From the NCBI GenBank assembly GCA_964016885.1, contig OZ024741.1, positions 87,048,001 to 87,112,000 on the forward strand: a stretch of 64,000 nucleotides of DNA. The letters are read 5' to 3'. Every line of letters begins with the position of its first letter. Position 1 is the stretch's first letter. The notes below the pieces were generated by a model. That model made no database searches. It was not told the origin of the DNA and saw nothing but the letters and a program-made list of their open reading frames with translations. The stretch comes from Eledone cirrhosa (taxonomy: Eukaryota). Positions 36,908 to 50,743 of the stretch are shown one piece after another. The position numbers and the translations under genes are program-made.

Positions 36908-38289
36908 TTCTGTTAATTCGCCGCCACTCCTCTAAGATGTTAAAAAATATTGATTTTCTCACAATCTTCATCAGTGAAAGTTGCAAGAAATGAGGAAGGA
37001 ATTTTAACTTCGTGGAGAATGACTTTCGTATTAAATATATTGATGACGGAGATATATATCTGATACAAGTTATTAAAATTCATTTTACTTTCAAAACTCA
37101 ATATTAGACTGACATCTCAACTTTTTGTTTTCTATTGAAATTTCTTGATGTACATTAATAAGTTCTTTCGCAAAATTTCTCTAACAACTGGATCACTATT
37201 ATTGGATCAAAACTGTTCCTTTTTGCATCAATCCATCGTTTTTCAGATATAGTGCGATATGAGAGAAGTTTGGTTGTTGTTTCTAGCAAGTAGAGGAACT
37301 GATTGAAACACCTTCGTTGATGTACTGTTTGTTCCTCGGTTATCTTCGATAAAGTAAGCTCGTGCCAGCAATGGTCATCAAACATTTTCTTTAGACATAA
37401 TGTTTCTAGGATTACCTTTTCTAAATCGTCCTTTCTCTTTCTATAACAGCTGATTATTATTTATGCTATTTCTAGCAGTTGTAACAACTCTACAGGAAGA
37501 AATGTTGTTTTTGTTGTTGCTATTGTTCTTTGACTCTAGCTCAGCGCAATTGATCAAACGTATGGTTAAAGTCATTCCAACTATGACTATCAGAAATACC
37601 TGTTTGAGACAAGAAAACCAGCGTATCATCAGAGTTTCGTCAAACTGTAGCTATCATAAACAATGCATCTAGGACCACATTATCTATTGTGTTCTTTTTG
37701 GAGGCTAGGGCGTAATTTGAGGAAGATTTGAGAGAGTTATTTTTAGCATGTTAAATGACAGCGTAGAGATTACCTTTGGCTTCTGTAATATATGTTGGTG
37801 AAAACATCCGGTCTAGTTATGTCATCTGATAATTAAACCAGGTCAATAAATTTATTTCTGTTTATTTTGAGAGCACAACATTTAACTGATGGTAAAAATC
37901 TAAGCAAATTGACATTATTCTTTATGAATTTCATGATCGTCACAAACTACAGTTAGGTTCCAGTGGTAGTGTATCTGATAGTAGTTCAGAAAGAATCATT
38001 TAGATAATATAGATATAGAGATATGTATTTATATCCTTAATGTTTGTATATAACTTAGATGTAGCTCAAACAGTGCATTCTCTATGAAAAATAATTGTCA
38101 TTATGCACTCTTAGATTCATGCTCTTTTGTATAAAATAAATTTCATCAAATTACGTGAACTATAACTTTTGTAAGAAACGATTATAATCAATTGAAACAA
38201 AAGTTTTGGCAGCCATTCCTGCAATTATAAGCGCTTGCCTTCACAAATACACAGGCGCATCCCATAAATAAATACCTGCCTGTGTGTGC

Positions 38290-38329
<40 letters not shown>

Positions 38330-38338
38330 ATATATATG

Positions 38339-38369
<31 letters not shown>

Positions 38370-38591
38370 ATATATATGTATATATATATATGTATGTACA
38401 TATATGTATATGTCTGTATGTGTTTATGTATAGGAGTATATATACGCGTATGCATGTGTGTGTGTGTGTGTGTGTGTGTGTTGATTTATATGGATATGTA
38501 GGCAGGCGTCTGTGTATGCGTATGTTTATATGTTCTCCTTAAGTGTGTATGTATAACGGGAGTCTATGCGTACGGATGTTGTTATCTATGT

Positions 38592-38659
<68 letters not shown>

Positions 38660-38699
38660 ATGTGTGTGTGAGGGCGCACAAGGTCGTGTGAACTACCAA

Positions 38700-39090
38700 A
38701 CCCACCAGTAATCCATCGAAGTCTGGCAGAAACGGGACAGCTGATGATGGTCAGTCGAATGATACCTGTTGGTCAACATTATGATGACGTTGGAAAACAG
38801 CGGCCAATAACAGGACGCGCGAAGAGGATGTTTTTGACGCTAACTCCCCAGTGAGAGAATTTGCTCCGAAATCATTAGACGTGTCCGTCGAACCTGCGGA
38901 TCCAGAATCAGACAGATCCACACAATGATCGTGTCTCGAGCTGTCCGCCGGCGAAACAATTGTAACACACAATAAATTGAGTTCAGATGCATCACTGATT
39001 TATATTATACTGTTTATATTATATCATACACTGCTCCGTAAGGACATAGAGTGCTCAACCGGCATACCGCCTATGGAAGCATCTTAGCTA
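38700..39090 (+). repeat. Unclassified non-coding interspersed repeat, copy 2
   Basis: Homologous to 33067-33480 in opposite orientation. Bounded by (TG)n and (CA)n. Confidence 0.75.
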
Positions 39091-39097
39091 ACATCAG

Positions 39098-39184
<87 letters not shown>

Positions 39185-39201
39185 CACACACACACACACG
39201 C

Positions 39202-39238
<37 letters not shown>

Positions 39239-39257
39239 TATATACTTACATATATAT

Positions 39258-39307
<50 letters not shown>

Positions 39308-39858
39308 TATATTATATTTTGAGAATAAACTCTCAGTCGTTTACATCCGGGAATGCGGGACGGCTAATTTGGCCTGGCTGCACACGTGTAGTCAGACCTG
39401 CTAAATTTTTGATGTGAAATATACTAATTTTACTGGGTTCCTGTTGATAAGCACAGAAGATTTGGATATTTCACTTTTTATTTCAATTCCATTTCGATTC
39501 TCTTTATTTTTCAATTCACGTACCACCGTTGCGAAACGTATTTGGGTTTCGAGGTTCAAATTCATCTACGGAGCAGGTTTGGATTTTGAAATTTAAATAT
39601 GTCCAGGAACCATGGCCATTGCCAATATAAGCTTGTCTTTATTGGCTTATATCGAGACAGACAAATTGTATTCACTTTAATTAGTTTATTTCATTAATAG
39701 CTAACTTTGTCTGTTACAATGCAAACACGTTTTGTGTTTATCATATATTTTAATGTATATATATATATATAGTTTGAAGGTGAAATTTATTTAATATTAT
39801 TACACATCGCTTAGTTCTACACCGCTATACTATACTTACTGGAAATTATATATATATA

Positions 39859-40350
39859 GAAGTGGTTTCACAACAGTTAGTTCATCATACCGAGAACAAT
39901 TGTTTCACCTTAGCGGATCCCCAGTTCGTAATGGACATGGTTATACGGAACAGGAAGGACACCCGTATGAACGCGCATGCGCAGAAACGGTCACTTCACT
40001 CAGGCAATACTAAATTGAGTGCGAGAGGTGTAAGAGAGATAACTGCGAAAGTCAGAAAGTTTCTAGTTGATAAGAAAATTAGGATGTTCTTGTAAACTAC
40101 AAAGCTCCGGATTGAATTACAACATCCTAATTTTCTTATCAACTAGAAACTTTCGGACTTTCGAAGTTATCTCCCTTACACCTCTCGCACGCAATTTAGT
40201 ATTGCTTGAGTGAAGTCAGCGTTTCTGCGCATGCGCCTTCATACAGGTGTTCTTCTTGTTCCGTATAACCATGTCCAATACGAGCTGAGGACCCGCTAAG
40301 GTGAAACAATTGTTCTCGGTATGGTGAACTAACTGTTGTGTAACCACTTC
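39859..40350. mobile_element. MITE-like foldback element with ~230-bp imperfect terminal inverted repeats
   Basis: GAAGTGGTT...AGGATGTT mirrors AACATCCT...AACCACTTC, with a ~30-bp spacer and TA on both sides. Confidence 0.85.
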
Positions 40351-40413
40351 TACCTAACTCGTCCCATGGACTGAGTGCTCTACCACTACGGATATTACCT
40401 TCCAGTGTTCTAC

Positions 40414-40459
<46 letters not shown>

Positions 40460-40619
40460 GAAAGTTAAAAACAACACAGGAGTACAAGTTACGAAAGGTA
40501 TTAGGTTCACACTTATTGAGAGTGGGGGGGGGGGGGGACGTTTCGGGCATAAGCACTTCATCAGGAGAGTGGTGGGAAGGAGAAGGAGGTGGAAACCTGA
40601 GAGGGAGTGAGGGGGATAT

Positions 40620-40719
<100 letters not shown>

Positions 40720-40997
40720 ATAAATATTTCGTATCTCCAAAGAAATACAGTTTTAGGAAGCCGTAGCTATGCAAACACCTGGGGGCTAACGCCCTCTGGT
40801 GATGTCCAGCAGAAGCAAGGGGGACAACCGTCTATTCATTTCAGGCTTAACTGGCCTTCGTCAGGACGGTCCCTCCCACCGCTTGCGACTGCTGGACTAG
40901 AAGACAGCTGAGAATATATACGGAGCACCTGCTGGCCCTCACACACAGGCTGTTCATGTAACAAGCAGTACTTCTGCCAACAAGAGGCGAGCATGTC

Positions 40998-42295
40998 ATA
41001 GATCTCTGTTTTACAAACAACGCAGTGCTCATCCACAATGTAAAGGTGACACCAACGATTTTCTCGGATCATAACTTAGTACACCTAATGATATGTGGTC
41101 CGAGAGAATCAACAGAGACACAACCATCAAGAAGTACCGGGGCCTTATCCAGCCTTAACTTCTACAAGGCTAACTGGAAAAAGATCAAAAGAGAAATCCG
41201 GAAGCAAATGTGGAGCGACATCCCCACACAAGACACCAACACATATTTTCAACACTTCATGACAACGATACAAACTATATGCCAAACGTTTGTCCCGGAG
41301 AAAAAGGCCAACAGGCACAAAAATCTTATTCCCAGAGATAGGAAAATCCTTATGAGACGGAGAACTAAGCTCTCAAACCAGTTGAATGCACAAAAAAAAC
41401 AAAAAAAACAAAACAAGAAGGAATCCTATTTGAAACGTGCACTAATTGACATCGAGATTGCACTCAAACTTTCCCATGAAAATGAGAGGGCAGAGAAAGA
41501 AACCAGGGCCATAGAAAATATTAAAACAAACCCTAAGGCCTTCTTTAAATTTGCAAAAGAGACTGCCTAGGTACACTCTTCCATAAAAACGGTTCATTAA
41601 CCGAGAATCCCCAAGAGATAAGTGAAATACTGAACGAACAGTACAAAAGTGTGTTCACATGTCCACTGAGGCACATGCAAATAACAAAGCCAGAGGATTT
41701 CTTTGATGCCACAATACTCCATGAAGAAATGGCGACCATCAACCACATCGACATAACGGAGGAGGATGTGGTATCACCATAGATGAAATTAGAACAGACT
41801 CAGCTGCTGGACCTGATGGATTCCCAGCAGTCCTCTTAAAAACATATAAGCGGGCCTTAGCTACTCCACGACGACACTCTTCAGAAGCTCCTTGTCTAAC
41901 AGTAGACTACCCAGTGAGCTGAAAGAAGGCACAATATGCCCTATCCATAAAGGAGGTAGCAGAGCGGAGGCCAAAATCTATAGGCCAGTCTCCCGGACGT
42001 CACATATCAGTAAGGTCATGGAGCGAATCATCAGAAAGAAACTGATAACTTTCCTCGAGAAAAATGATCGCCTGACTAGCACGCAGCATGGCTTTCGCCC
42101 AGGAAGAAGCTGCCTAACACAGCTGCTACATCACTACGACTGGGTACTGAAACAACTGCTAGACAGCGCACATGTGGACGTGATGTATCTTGACTTTGCG
42201 AAGGCCTTTGACAAGGTCGATCACGGATTGATATGTCACAAGGTACACAGACCTCGGCATAACTGGAAAAGTAGGTGAGTGGCTGCATGACTTCT
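40998..42295 (+). mobile_element. CR1/L2-group LINE ORF2 relic
   Basis: IDLCFTNN...SDHNLV (APE end), AAGPDGFP, QHGFRPGRSCLTQLL and YLDFAKAFDKVDH, with multiple frameshifts. Confidence 0.82.
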
Positions 42296-42296
42296 T

Positions 42297-42800
42297 ATAT
42301 ATGTATGTACGTGTACATACTTATATTTAAGTAACAGCCGTACTAAGAGTGGGAAATGAAATTTCGTTTCATTTTTTTCCGTTTATCGTTTTCGGTGCAC
42401 CCGGCCGATTAACCCACTCGATATGCAAATTGGGCTACTCAGCCGTCAATATGCATAAGGTAAGTATATACGTTCAACAATCTGGCAGGAAGGTATACGT
42501 TGCTGACGATAGCTAATAAGCTTGAAACTAGTACAGCGTTCCTTTGTCAGTGTTGAACAAACGAGCAGCGATGGTTGCTAGACACTACGGCTTAATACGG
42601 GATTTTTGTTTACATACACACCGAGCATTATAATAAATGTTCGGTGAATCCATACGTACATATATATATGTGTGCATGTATATATATATATATACATACT
42701 ACTGTACGTCTCTATACATATATGTATGTACGTGTACATACTTATATTTAAGTAACAGCCGTACTAAGAGTGGGAAATGAAATTTCGTTTCATTTTTTCC

Positions 42801-42806
<6 letters not shown>
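42297..42806 (+). mobile_element. Retrozyme-like non-autonomous element, 421-bp unit with ~90-bp terminal direct repeat, ending in (TA)n
   Basis: 42297-42386 is repeated at 42718-42806. Contains an internal hammerhead and is homologous to the 466-bp unit. Confidence 0.78.
42497..42539 (+). ncRNA. Type I minimal hammerhead ribozyme
   Basis: ACGTTG-CTGACGA-T-AGCT(AATA)AGCT-T-GAAA-CTAG-TA-CAGCGT: 6-bp stem I, palindromic ACTAGT stem III, GUA triplet. Confidence 0.82.
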
Positions 42807-42845
<39 letters not shown>

Positions 42846-43607
42846 AAAGGTAAACAGAAATAACAAAGCAAACAACGCAGTACAATGAAGAAATATATTA
42901 GTTTAACGCTTGATAAAGTAGGAAAAGAGTTTTAATATTTTGGACACTAGTCCTTCATCAGAAGATAGAATGGAAAATAAAAGATGAAATAGGAAGTTAG
43001 TGAGTGAGAAGGAACGGAAAAAAGATTTTGCGAAAAAGCACGTCAGTAGTCAGTCAGCCATTTCATTCACCAAATTCCAATTCCACCCACAATGCATTGG
43101 TTAACCCATAACTGTTTTAAAAGTTGGTTAGCTAAAGTTCAGCGCGGTGCGATGGAATGGGAAGCCACATAACTGTTCATCAGTAATCATATTAAATATA
43201 TATGCATGTTTTAAAATATTTATGAAACAACGGCCACACTACATCGGATATTCATAGTTCTTGATACAAATTAATTCAGAGGAAACGGTTCAAAGCTGTG
43301 ATTTAACCAACGGAACTTAGAAAATGTTCGTTTGTTTCTATTTTCACTATTATTGTATTCGTTGCATTCTTTACTTTTGCACACGTTTATATTTTTAATA
43401 TTATTTTAAATTCATTTCCGCAAATCTTGGTTTTAGAATTTTTAGAATTATATTCTAGGATTTACTTTACCGTTAATATTTTCCTTTATCTTATTTCCAT
43501 GTTTTTATTTTATTTTTTTATTTATTTATAGGTTGAAAAATGTAAACAAGAAGCTTACGAATAAAATATTCTATTCACATTTTAATGGTTTACGATGGTC
43601 TCTAACC

Positions 43608-43795
43608 AGGTGGATTGGCAGTATCGGTAGAGAGTCGGACGCCATGCTTTCCAGAATAGTTACGTCTCTTTACGGTCTGAGTTCAAATCCCGCCGAGATT
43701 AACTTTGCCTTTCATCCTTACGGGGTCGATAAAACAAAGTACCAGTAATGTAGTGGGTAATTGCTGGCCTTGTGCCAAAATGTAGGAACAATTGT
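43608..43795 (+). mobile_element. tRNA-derived SINE
   Basis: A box TGGCAGTATCGG, B box GAGTTCAAATCC and central TTTGCCTTTCATCCTTACGGGGTCGATAAA. Three more copies are present in the window. Confidence 0.85.
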
Positions 43796-43848
43796 TAATA
43801 TATAGAAAATGTTTCTTTTTAATTTTTATTTTAAAAGATCATCCACAC

Positions 43849-43878
<30 letters not shown>

Positions 43879-43879
<1 letters not shown>

Positions 43880-44071
43880 ACAAAGAGGGTGTGTTAAGAT
43901 ATCAGGTGGACCATAACGCACCAGAGTACTCAATACTTAGGGTAGTAGACTAGGTAATAGGAGCTTAGCCGTCGGGGTCCTGACTCTTTTCCGATTACCC
44001 TCTCTACTACCCTAAATATCGAATACTCTGGTGCGTTATGGTCCATCTAGTTTCTTAACACTTTCTTTGTT
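43879..44071. mobile_element. Short MITE-like imperfect palindrome inside (TA)n
   Basis: GGACCATAACGCACCAGAGTA..TTAGGGTAGTAGA is mirrored by TCTACTACCCTAA..TACTCTGGTGCGTTATGGTCC. Confidence 0.75.
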
Positions 44072-44147
44072 ATATATATATATATATATATATGAAAATA
44101 TATATATACATATATATATACATATATATATACATATACATATATAC

Positions 44148-44220
<73 letters not shown>

Positions 44221-44414
44221 AGTGGAAGCTTAGAAAAATCGAAGCTTTGGCTGTGGGCAAGCAAAGTCGACCTACAATAGGAATGAGTTAGTAAAGCACT
44301 CAATAAGGGTAGGTCCTTAGAGTAATAACATACGTTTAAATAGCTTGACAAATTGAACATTGCGGTAGGCAAAACCCAACCACACAATACCAAAGTAATG
44401 AAAGAACTAACAGG

Positions 44415-44787
<373 letters not shown>

Positions 44788-44797
44788 TATATATATA

Positions 44798-47700
44798 TCT
44801 TGGTTGTCCATCGTAAACGATGATGACATCTTCTTTATTTTAGTTCCCGTCTGCCATGGACACGAAGGTGGCTATGGAGGCCGATCCTTGACTTGCAGGT
44901 CCGGTGACAGTGGGGGCAGGGGAAGAGACCGGAGTCGCTTGGGGCAGCTGTTGATGTCTTTCTCCTCCTTTCACGGGCCTCAGTGACCTCTGCCCGTCTC
45001 TTCTCTTCAAAAGAGCCTTTGGCGCGTCTGGTAAGGGCTCGCCACTCAGTCCTGTCCTGAGCATGACACTCGAGTTGTTTTGGCGCGATTCCAGTGTTGT
45101 TGATACTGGACTTAACGCAGTCTTTGACCTCTTGAGAGGCCTGCCCCGCTTTCGTTTCCCCGAACAGAGTTCCCCATACATCAGTTGCTTCGGAAGCCTG
45201 TGATCATCCATCCGGGTGACAAGTCCCACCCATCGAAGTTGGCTCTTCAGTATCATAACTTCGACACTGGTTGTCTCAGCCATGTCAAGAACTTCCATGT
45301 TGGAGACCTTGTCCTGCCATTTGATGTTCATGATTGACCGCAAGCTGCGCATGTGGAACCGTTCCAGCTGCTTCAGGTACCTTCTGTACAGGGTCCATGT
45401 CTCACATCCGTAGAGGAGGCTGGTGAGAACAACGGCCCTGTACACCTTGAGCTTGGTGGACTGCCTGATGTTGTGCTAGTTCATGAGGCGTGTCCTCAGG
45501 CGGCAGAGGGCTTGACTGGCCTTGCAGATTCTGGCGTTTATCTCCTTGCTGATGACACTGCCGAGGTACTTGAATCGTCCACCGTCTATAGCTGGGTGCC
45601 TCCGATGGAGATGGAAGGAGGGTGGGCGACGGAGGCAGGTGCAGGGTGGAACAGGATCTCAGTCTTTCCAAGGCTAATTGTGAGACCGAAGAGGCAGGAG
45701 GCCTCCGCGAACTTGTTGACGATGAGTTGGAGGTCAGACTCCCTGTGGGCCATGAGGGCACAATCGTCAGCAAAAGGTGCCTCCAGGACGACCCGCTGCA
45801 CGATCCTTGTCTTGGCCGTCAGGCCCTGCAGGTCAAACAGGGAGCCGTCCAGTCTGTATCGCAGATACACTCCGTGCTCGAGGTCCTTGGCTCGAGGTCC
45901 TTCAACAGGTTGAAGAGGACGGGAACCAGCACGCATTCTTGCTTGACGCCGTTGGTGATTCCGAACGGCTCCGATGCCTCTCCGCCCAGGCGCACCTGCC
46001 CGGTCATGTCGTCATGGAATTGCCGTATTAGGTTCACAAACTTTGTAGGGCATCAAAACTTCGACAAGATCGACCAGAGGGCTTCCCTGTTGACAGTGTC
46101 GAATGCCTTCCTCAAGTCTATGAAGACGGCAAAGAGGTCCATGTTCTGTTCGACACACTTTTCCTGCACCTGGAGTACAGAGAAGATCATGTCGATCGTG
46201 CTGCGGTTTGGGCGGAACCCACACTGGGCCTCAGGCAGGTTGTCCTCCGAGATGTTGGCAATGAGGCGGTTGAGCATGACCCGAGCCAGGACCTTCCCAG
46301 CGATGGACAGGAGAGAAATGCCCCGATAGTTTCCACAGCCAGTTTTGCTGCTTTTGTTCTTAAAAAGCGAGACAACTGTGGCATCCCTGAAGTCTTTGAG
46401 CACCTCTTCTTCCTCCCATATGCTGACGAGGAGGGTGTGGAAGGCCCTCAGGGCAGCTGCTGGACCGGCCGACTTGAAGATCTCGGCAAGAATCCCGTCC
46501 TTCCCAGGGGCCTTTCCTGAGCTAGTCTGGTTGATTGCCTTCGTAACTTCATCCAACGTGGGGGGAGGTCGAGGCTGCCGACTACGGGCTTCTGTGGAAC
46601 CTGGTTGAGGGAGGCAGGGTCGACAGTGGAGGGCCTGTTGAGCAGGTTGCTGAAGTGCACTCTCCACCTCGAGTTGATGCTGCTCTTCTACTTCAGCAGG
46701 ATCGAGCCGTCAGCAGACAGCAGCGGTGTGGTGACAGGCTTGGGGGGTCCGTACACGTCCCCGATGGCGCTGAAGAACATCTTGGATTTCTTTGTGTCAG
46801 CGTATCTCTCGACTTCTTCGGCCTTCTTTTGAATCTGGTGTGCATCCATGTCGTCTTGAACTTGTCTGCCTGTGTGCTGGTGATGGTGAGGTCGTTCTCG
46901 GCGCAGAAACTCAACAGTATGAGGCCGTTAGAGTTCAGCCTCCCTGTGTCGTGAGGTCCCAGCACGCCTCTCCAGTTGCTGCTGTCAGAACCGACTCTTG
47001 CGTTGAAGTCCCCCAGTAGGATGAGTTTATCGCTTGGGGGACGCCCTTCACGAGTGCGTTGAGTTCTCGGTAGAAAGCGTCCTTTGCTTCATCGCTGCTG
47101 GTGAGAGTGGGAGCGTACGCGCTGATGAGTGTGACATGCCGCCGAGATGGTCCGAAGGGGAAGCGGAGCTTCATCAGCCGCTCACTCACATGTGTCGGGA
47201 GGTCTGGTAGCTGCTTGCAGAGTGAAGTCCTGATGGCCAGGCCTACCCCGTGGATCCTGTCCTCGTCCTTTGCATTGCCCTTCCAGAAGAAGGTGTAGCC
47301 TCTTTTCGGTTCTGCTACTGATCCTTCTTCAGCAAGTCTAATCTCGCTGAGGGCGGCTATATCGATCCGGTAGCGAGCTAATTCCCTTGCTATGAGGACA
47401 GTTCTTCTCTCTGACCTCAAGGAGGGTGCGCACATTCCATGCGCCAAGAATCAAGTTCTTCTTTCTTTTATGTTGGTTTCGACCGCTTGCAAGGGCAAAA
47501 CCGCCAGCCGCGGTAGACTGGCTGGCTTTGTATGGGACGAGCATTTGGTTAGGGCTCCTTTTATCGCCTCTCCCCTCGTGCGAGGGTGAGCAGTGCTCCC
47601 CTGAAAAGAGCTGCTCAGTCGCCCGGTTGAATGCCTGATCTCCTCTGTCATCCCAGGCTCAGGAAGAGAATGACTTGCGGATCCAGGCCGCCCACGTGTG

Positions 47701-48302
47701 AGTTTGAGACTGGCAACTCCCAGAGGTTACCTCCACCTGTTACCTCCGCCTCTCGCCCACCGCCGCAGGGCTTTGGGAGTGCACGCTAAAGAAGAAACCT
47801 GTGCGGGAAAGGTTTATAGTGGGAGGGCCAGTGCACAGTGACGGTCCCACTCACTCGGCCGCAGAAGCCAGAATCCGGTGGTACGGAGGACTGTCACGAC
47901 CACGGACTTCCTTGGCCGCAGTGGATGGACACGACGTCTGTAGTGCCTTGCCGTGCCCTAGCGCTCCACACCGCTTGCTGTCGCCGCCTTCGTGACTGTT
48001 GGGACGATGTTGCCCTCCTCCACTCACTCCGCCGTGTCCAGTCTTCGCATGCAGGGGCAGGAATCCCCTATCTAACTCACCGGGGGGTTTCAGACCCGTC
48101 CGGCTACCCTCAACCTGGTTCGACCCGCTAGCCAAGGCTGTTTACCAGGGTGTGGTCGCTGTCGCATGCTACAGCTTCTTGGGGCCACAGTCAGTTAAGA
48201 GCTGAGTGTCAGGTGGGACCCAATGCAGGACGAGCTGTCCTGAAAAGGGCATGGCTAGTCCCCCGACTGTACAGAGGTACATGCCCCTCCCTGACACCCC
48301 AG
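44798..48302 (-). mobile_element. RTE (BovB-like) LINE, near full length, degenerate
   Basis: Fragments GAWNVRTL, RELARYRIDIAALSE, SAYAPT, KAPGKDG, QCGFRPNRST, FIDLRKAFD, GVKQECVL, FADD and LLYGCETW, plus a long structured 5'UTR. Confidence 0.9.
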
Positions 48303-48915
48303 GCATATACACACGGGCATACACATACATATGTAGATGTGTATATACATATTTACACATTTTGGGAAAGCCGTTGACTCTTATCAGTTCTTCCGCCCTC
48401 TGTCAGGTCACTCTTGAGTGGTACTGGTAACATGTAAACCAGTACAACCTGTCGCATGGTCGGGTCGCCGGCGACTAAATTGGCAACCTTACCAAGTTCA
48501 CTTGGTGAGGAGGGTGATTTTGGACACCTTGCAAGACAAAAAACAAATATATATATATATATATAATGGATGTTTATTACGTGTATATATATATATAATA
48601 ATGTACACCATTTTACCAGGGGGGAAAAATACTGCCCCCCCCCCCCACACACACACACATACACACCCAACATCAACATACAAAGAGACTTATATACACA
48701 CACACACACGCACTTCTCCGTATAAGACAAAAGCTGAAATATATCTTTTGACGTGCTAAAATCCCCCCCATTGCTTTCAGACACATTACTGACCATCCCT
48801 GCCACCACGAATTACTCTGCTATACACACACACACACACACACACACTTATCTCAATAGCCATTTGACACACATCGCTGCTAACCATTATCACAACATCG
48901 AACACCTTACTACTA

Positions 48916-49003
<88 letters not shown>

Positions 49004-49028
49004 TTGTTGTGAAAGAGTAATTTCTCAA

Positions 49029-49258
49029 TCTTGGCGCAAAACCAATTTTTTATTCACATGACCTCTACCGACCAATCAAAATTGTTTTGACCACAAGAAT
49101 TGTTGCTGGAGCCACTTTTTTAACATAAAAACAGTCTTGGCGCAAAATCAATTTTTTACACTCACATGACCTCTACCGACCAATCAAAATTGTTTTGGCC
49201 ACAATAAATTTTGCAACACCAAAGTAACGCTGGAGCCACTTTTTTAACATAAAAACAG
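49029..49258. repeat. Local tandem duplication (~106-124 bp unit, 2 copies)
   Basis: TCTTGGCGCAAAA...TAACATAAAAACAG occurs twice in tandem. Confidence 0.85.
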
Positions 49259-49474
49259 GTAGTATTCCCAAAACTAATCAGATCAGAGCAAACAGCATGG
49301 ACACTCTATCTCAAAATTATTTTTGAAAAGCATTTAGAAATGCGCAACCGGTAAAAACTTAAAAACTTAAAACCACAACTGAATACTAACCCATAGAATC
49401 ACTAATACTCTTTTATTCCTAATTAAACCATTTTTCAACTGTGAACAATTTGTCAGCATTTTCTATTCCGTTTA

Positions 49475-49523
<49 letters not shown>

Positions 49524-49537
49524 ATATATATATATAT

Positions 49538-49662
49538 AATTGTTTCTACTTTTGGCATAAGGCCAGCAATAACCCAGTACATTACTGGTACTTTATTTTA
49601 TCGACGCCATAAGGATGAAAGGCAAAGTAGACCTCGGCGGGATTTGAACTACTGCCAATCCA
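49538..49662 (-). mobile_element. SINE copy with an internal deletion between the A and B boxes
   Basis: Reverse complement of 43608-43795. Confidence 0.8.
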
Positions 49663-49678
49663 CATAATGGATGTTTAT

Positions 49679-49731
<53 letters not shown>

Positions 49732-49784
49732 GGTGATTATTATGATGATGATGCGGAGAACGAGGGGGATAATGGTGATATTAA

Positions 49785-49927
49785 TAATTGTTTCTACTTT
49801 TGGCACAAGGCCAGCAATTATTCTAGTGTATTACTGGTACTTTATTTTATCGACCCCGTAAGGATGAAAGGCAAAGTTAACCTCGGCGGGATTTGAACTC
49901 AGACCGTAAAGGGACGTAACTATGCTG
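49785..49927 (-). mobile_element. 5'-truncated SINE copy
   Basis: Reverse complement of the 43608-43795 family. Confidence 0.8.
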
Positions 49928-50619
49928 ATATATTAATAATGATGACGAGCATGATGATAATGATGATTATGATGATTATGATGATTATGATGATTATGAT
50001 GATTATGATGATTATGATGATTATGATGTTGACGACGATAATGGCAATATCTATAACAATCGCAATATCAAGAGACATAATTAATCATTTGTGCGTGTGT
50101 GTATTTGTGTGCATGTGCGTGTGTGTGTGCATGTGTGCATGTGTGCATGTGTGCGTATTTGTGTGTATATGTGTATATTTCTCTATCTAGCTATCTATGT
50201 ATCTCTTTTTCTCTCTCACACAAACACACATACAGTCACGCACACACACACACACAGACACACTCACACACACACACACACACACACGCACACACACACA
50301 CACAGACACACTCACACACAGACACACTCACACACAGACACACTCACACACACGACATGGTGTTTATTTTGGTCTAATATTGAAGCCAAATTTTTTCCTC
50401 CTTAGTGTAAAATAATACACACACCGATTTAGAAATGTTACTATTCCACACTAAGCATAAATAACTGAGGAAATACAAAATATCTTTAATTCGTATTTTC
50501 AATAAACATGTTATGTGTGTGTGTGTGTGATAGTATGTGTGGATGTATGTGTTTGTGAATGTGTGTATGTGTGTGTAATATATATATATACGTGTGTGTA
50601 ATATATATATATATATATA

Positions 50620-50710
<91 letters not shown>

Positions 50711-50743
50711 AGATACATAGATACATATGTGTGTGTATGTATG

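Noticed and set aside
37155-37672. Short ORFs in unique sequence as a gene or transposase relic
   Set aside because: No recognisable motif or consistent splice pattern.
43608-43700. tRNA gene
   Set aside because: A and B boxes are present, but there is no cloverleaf and it continues into a multi-copy SINE body.
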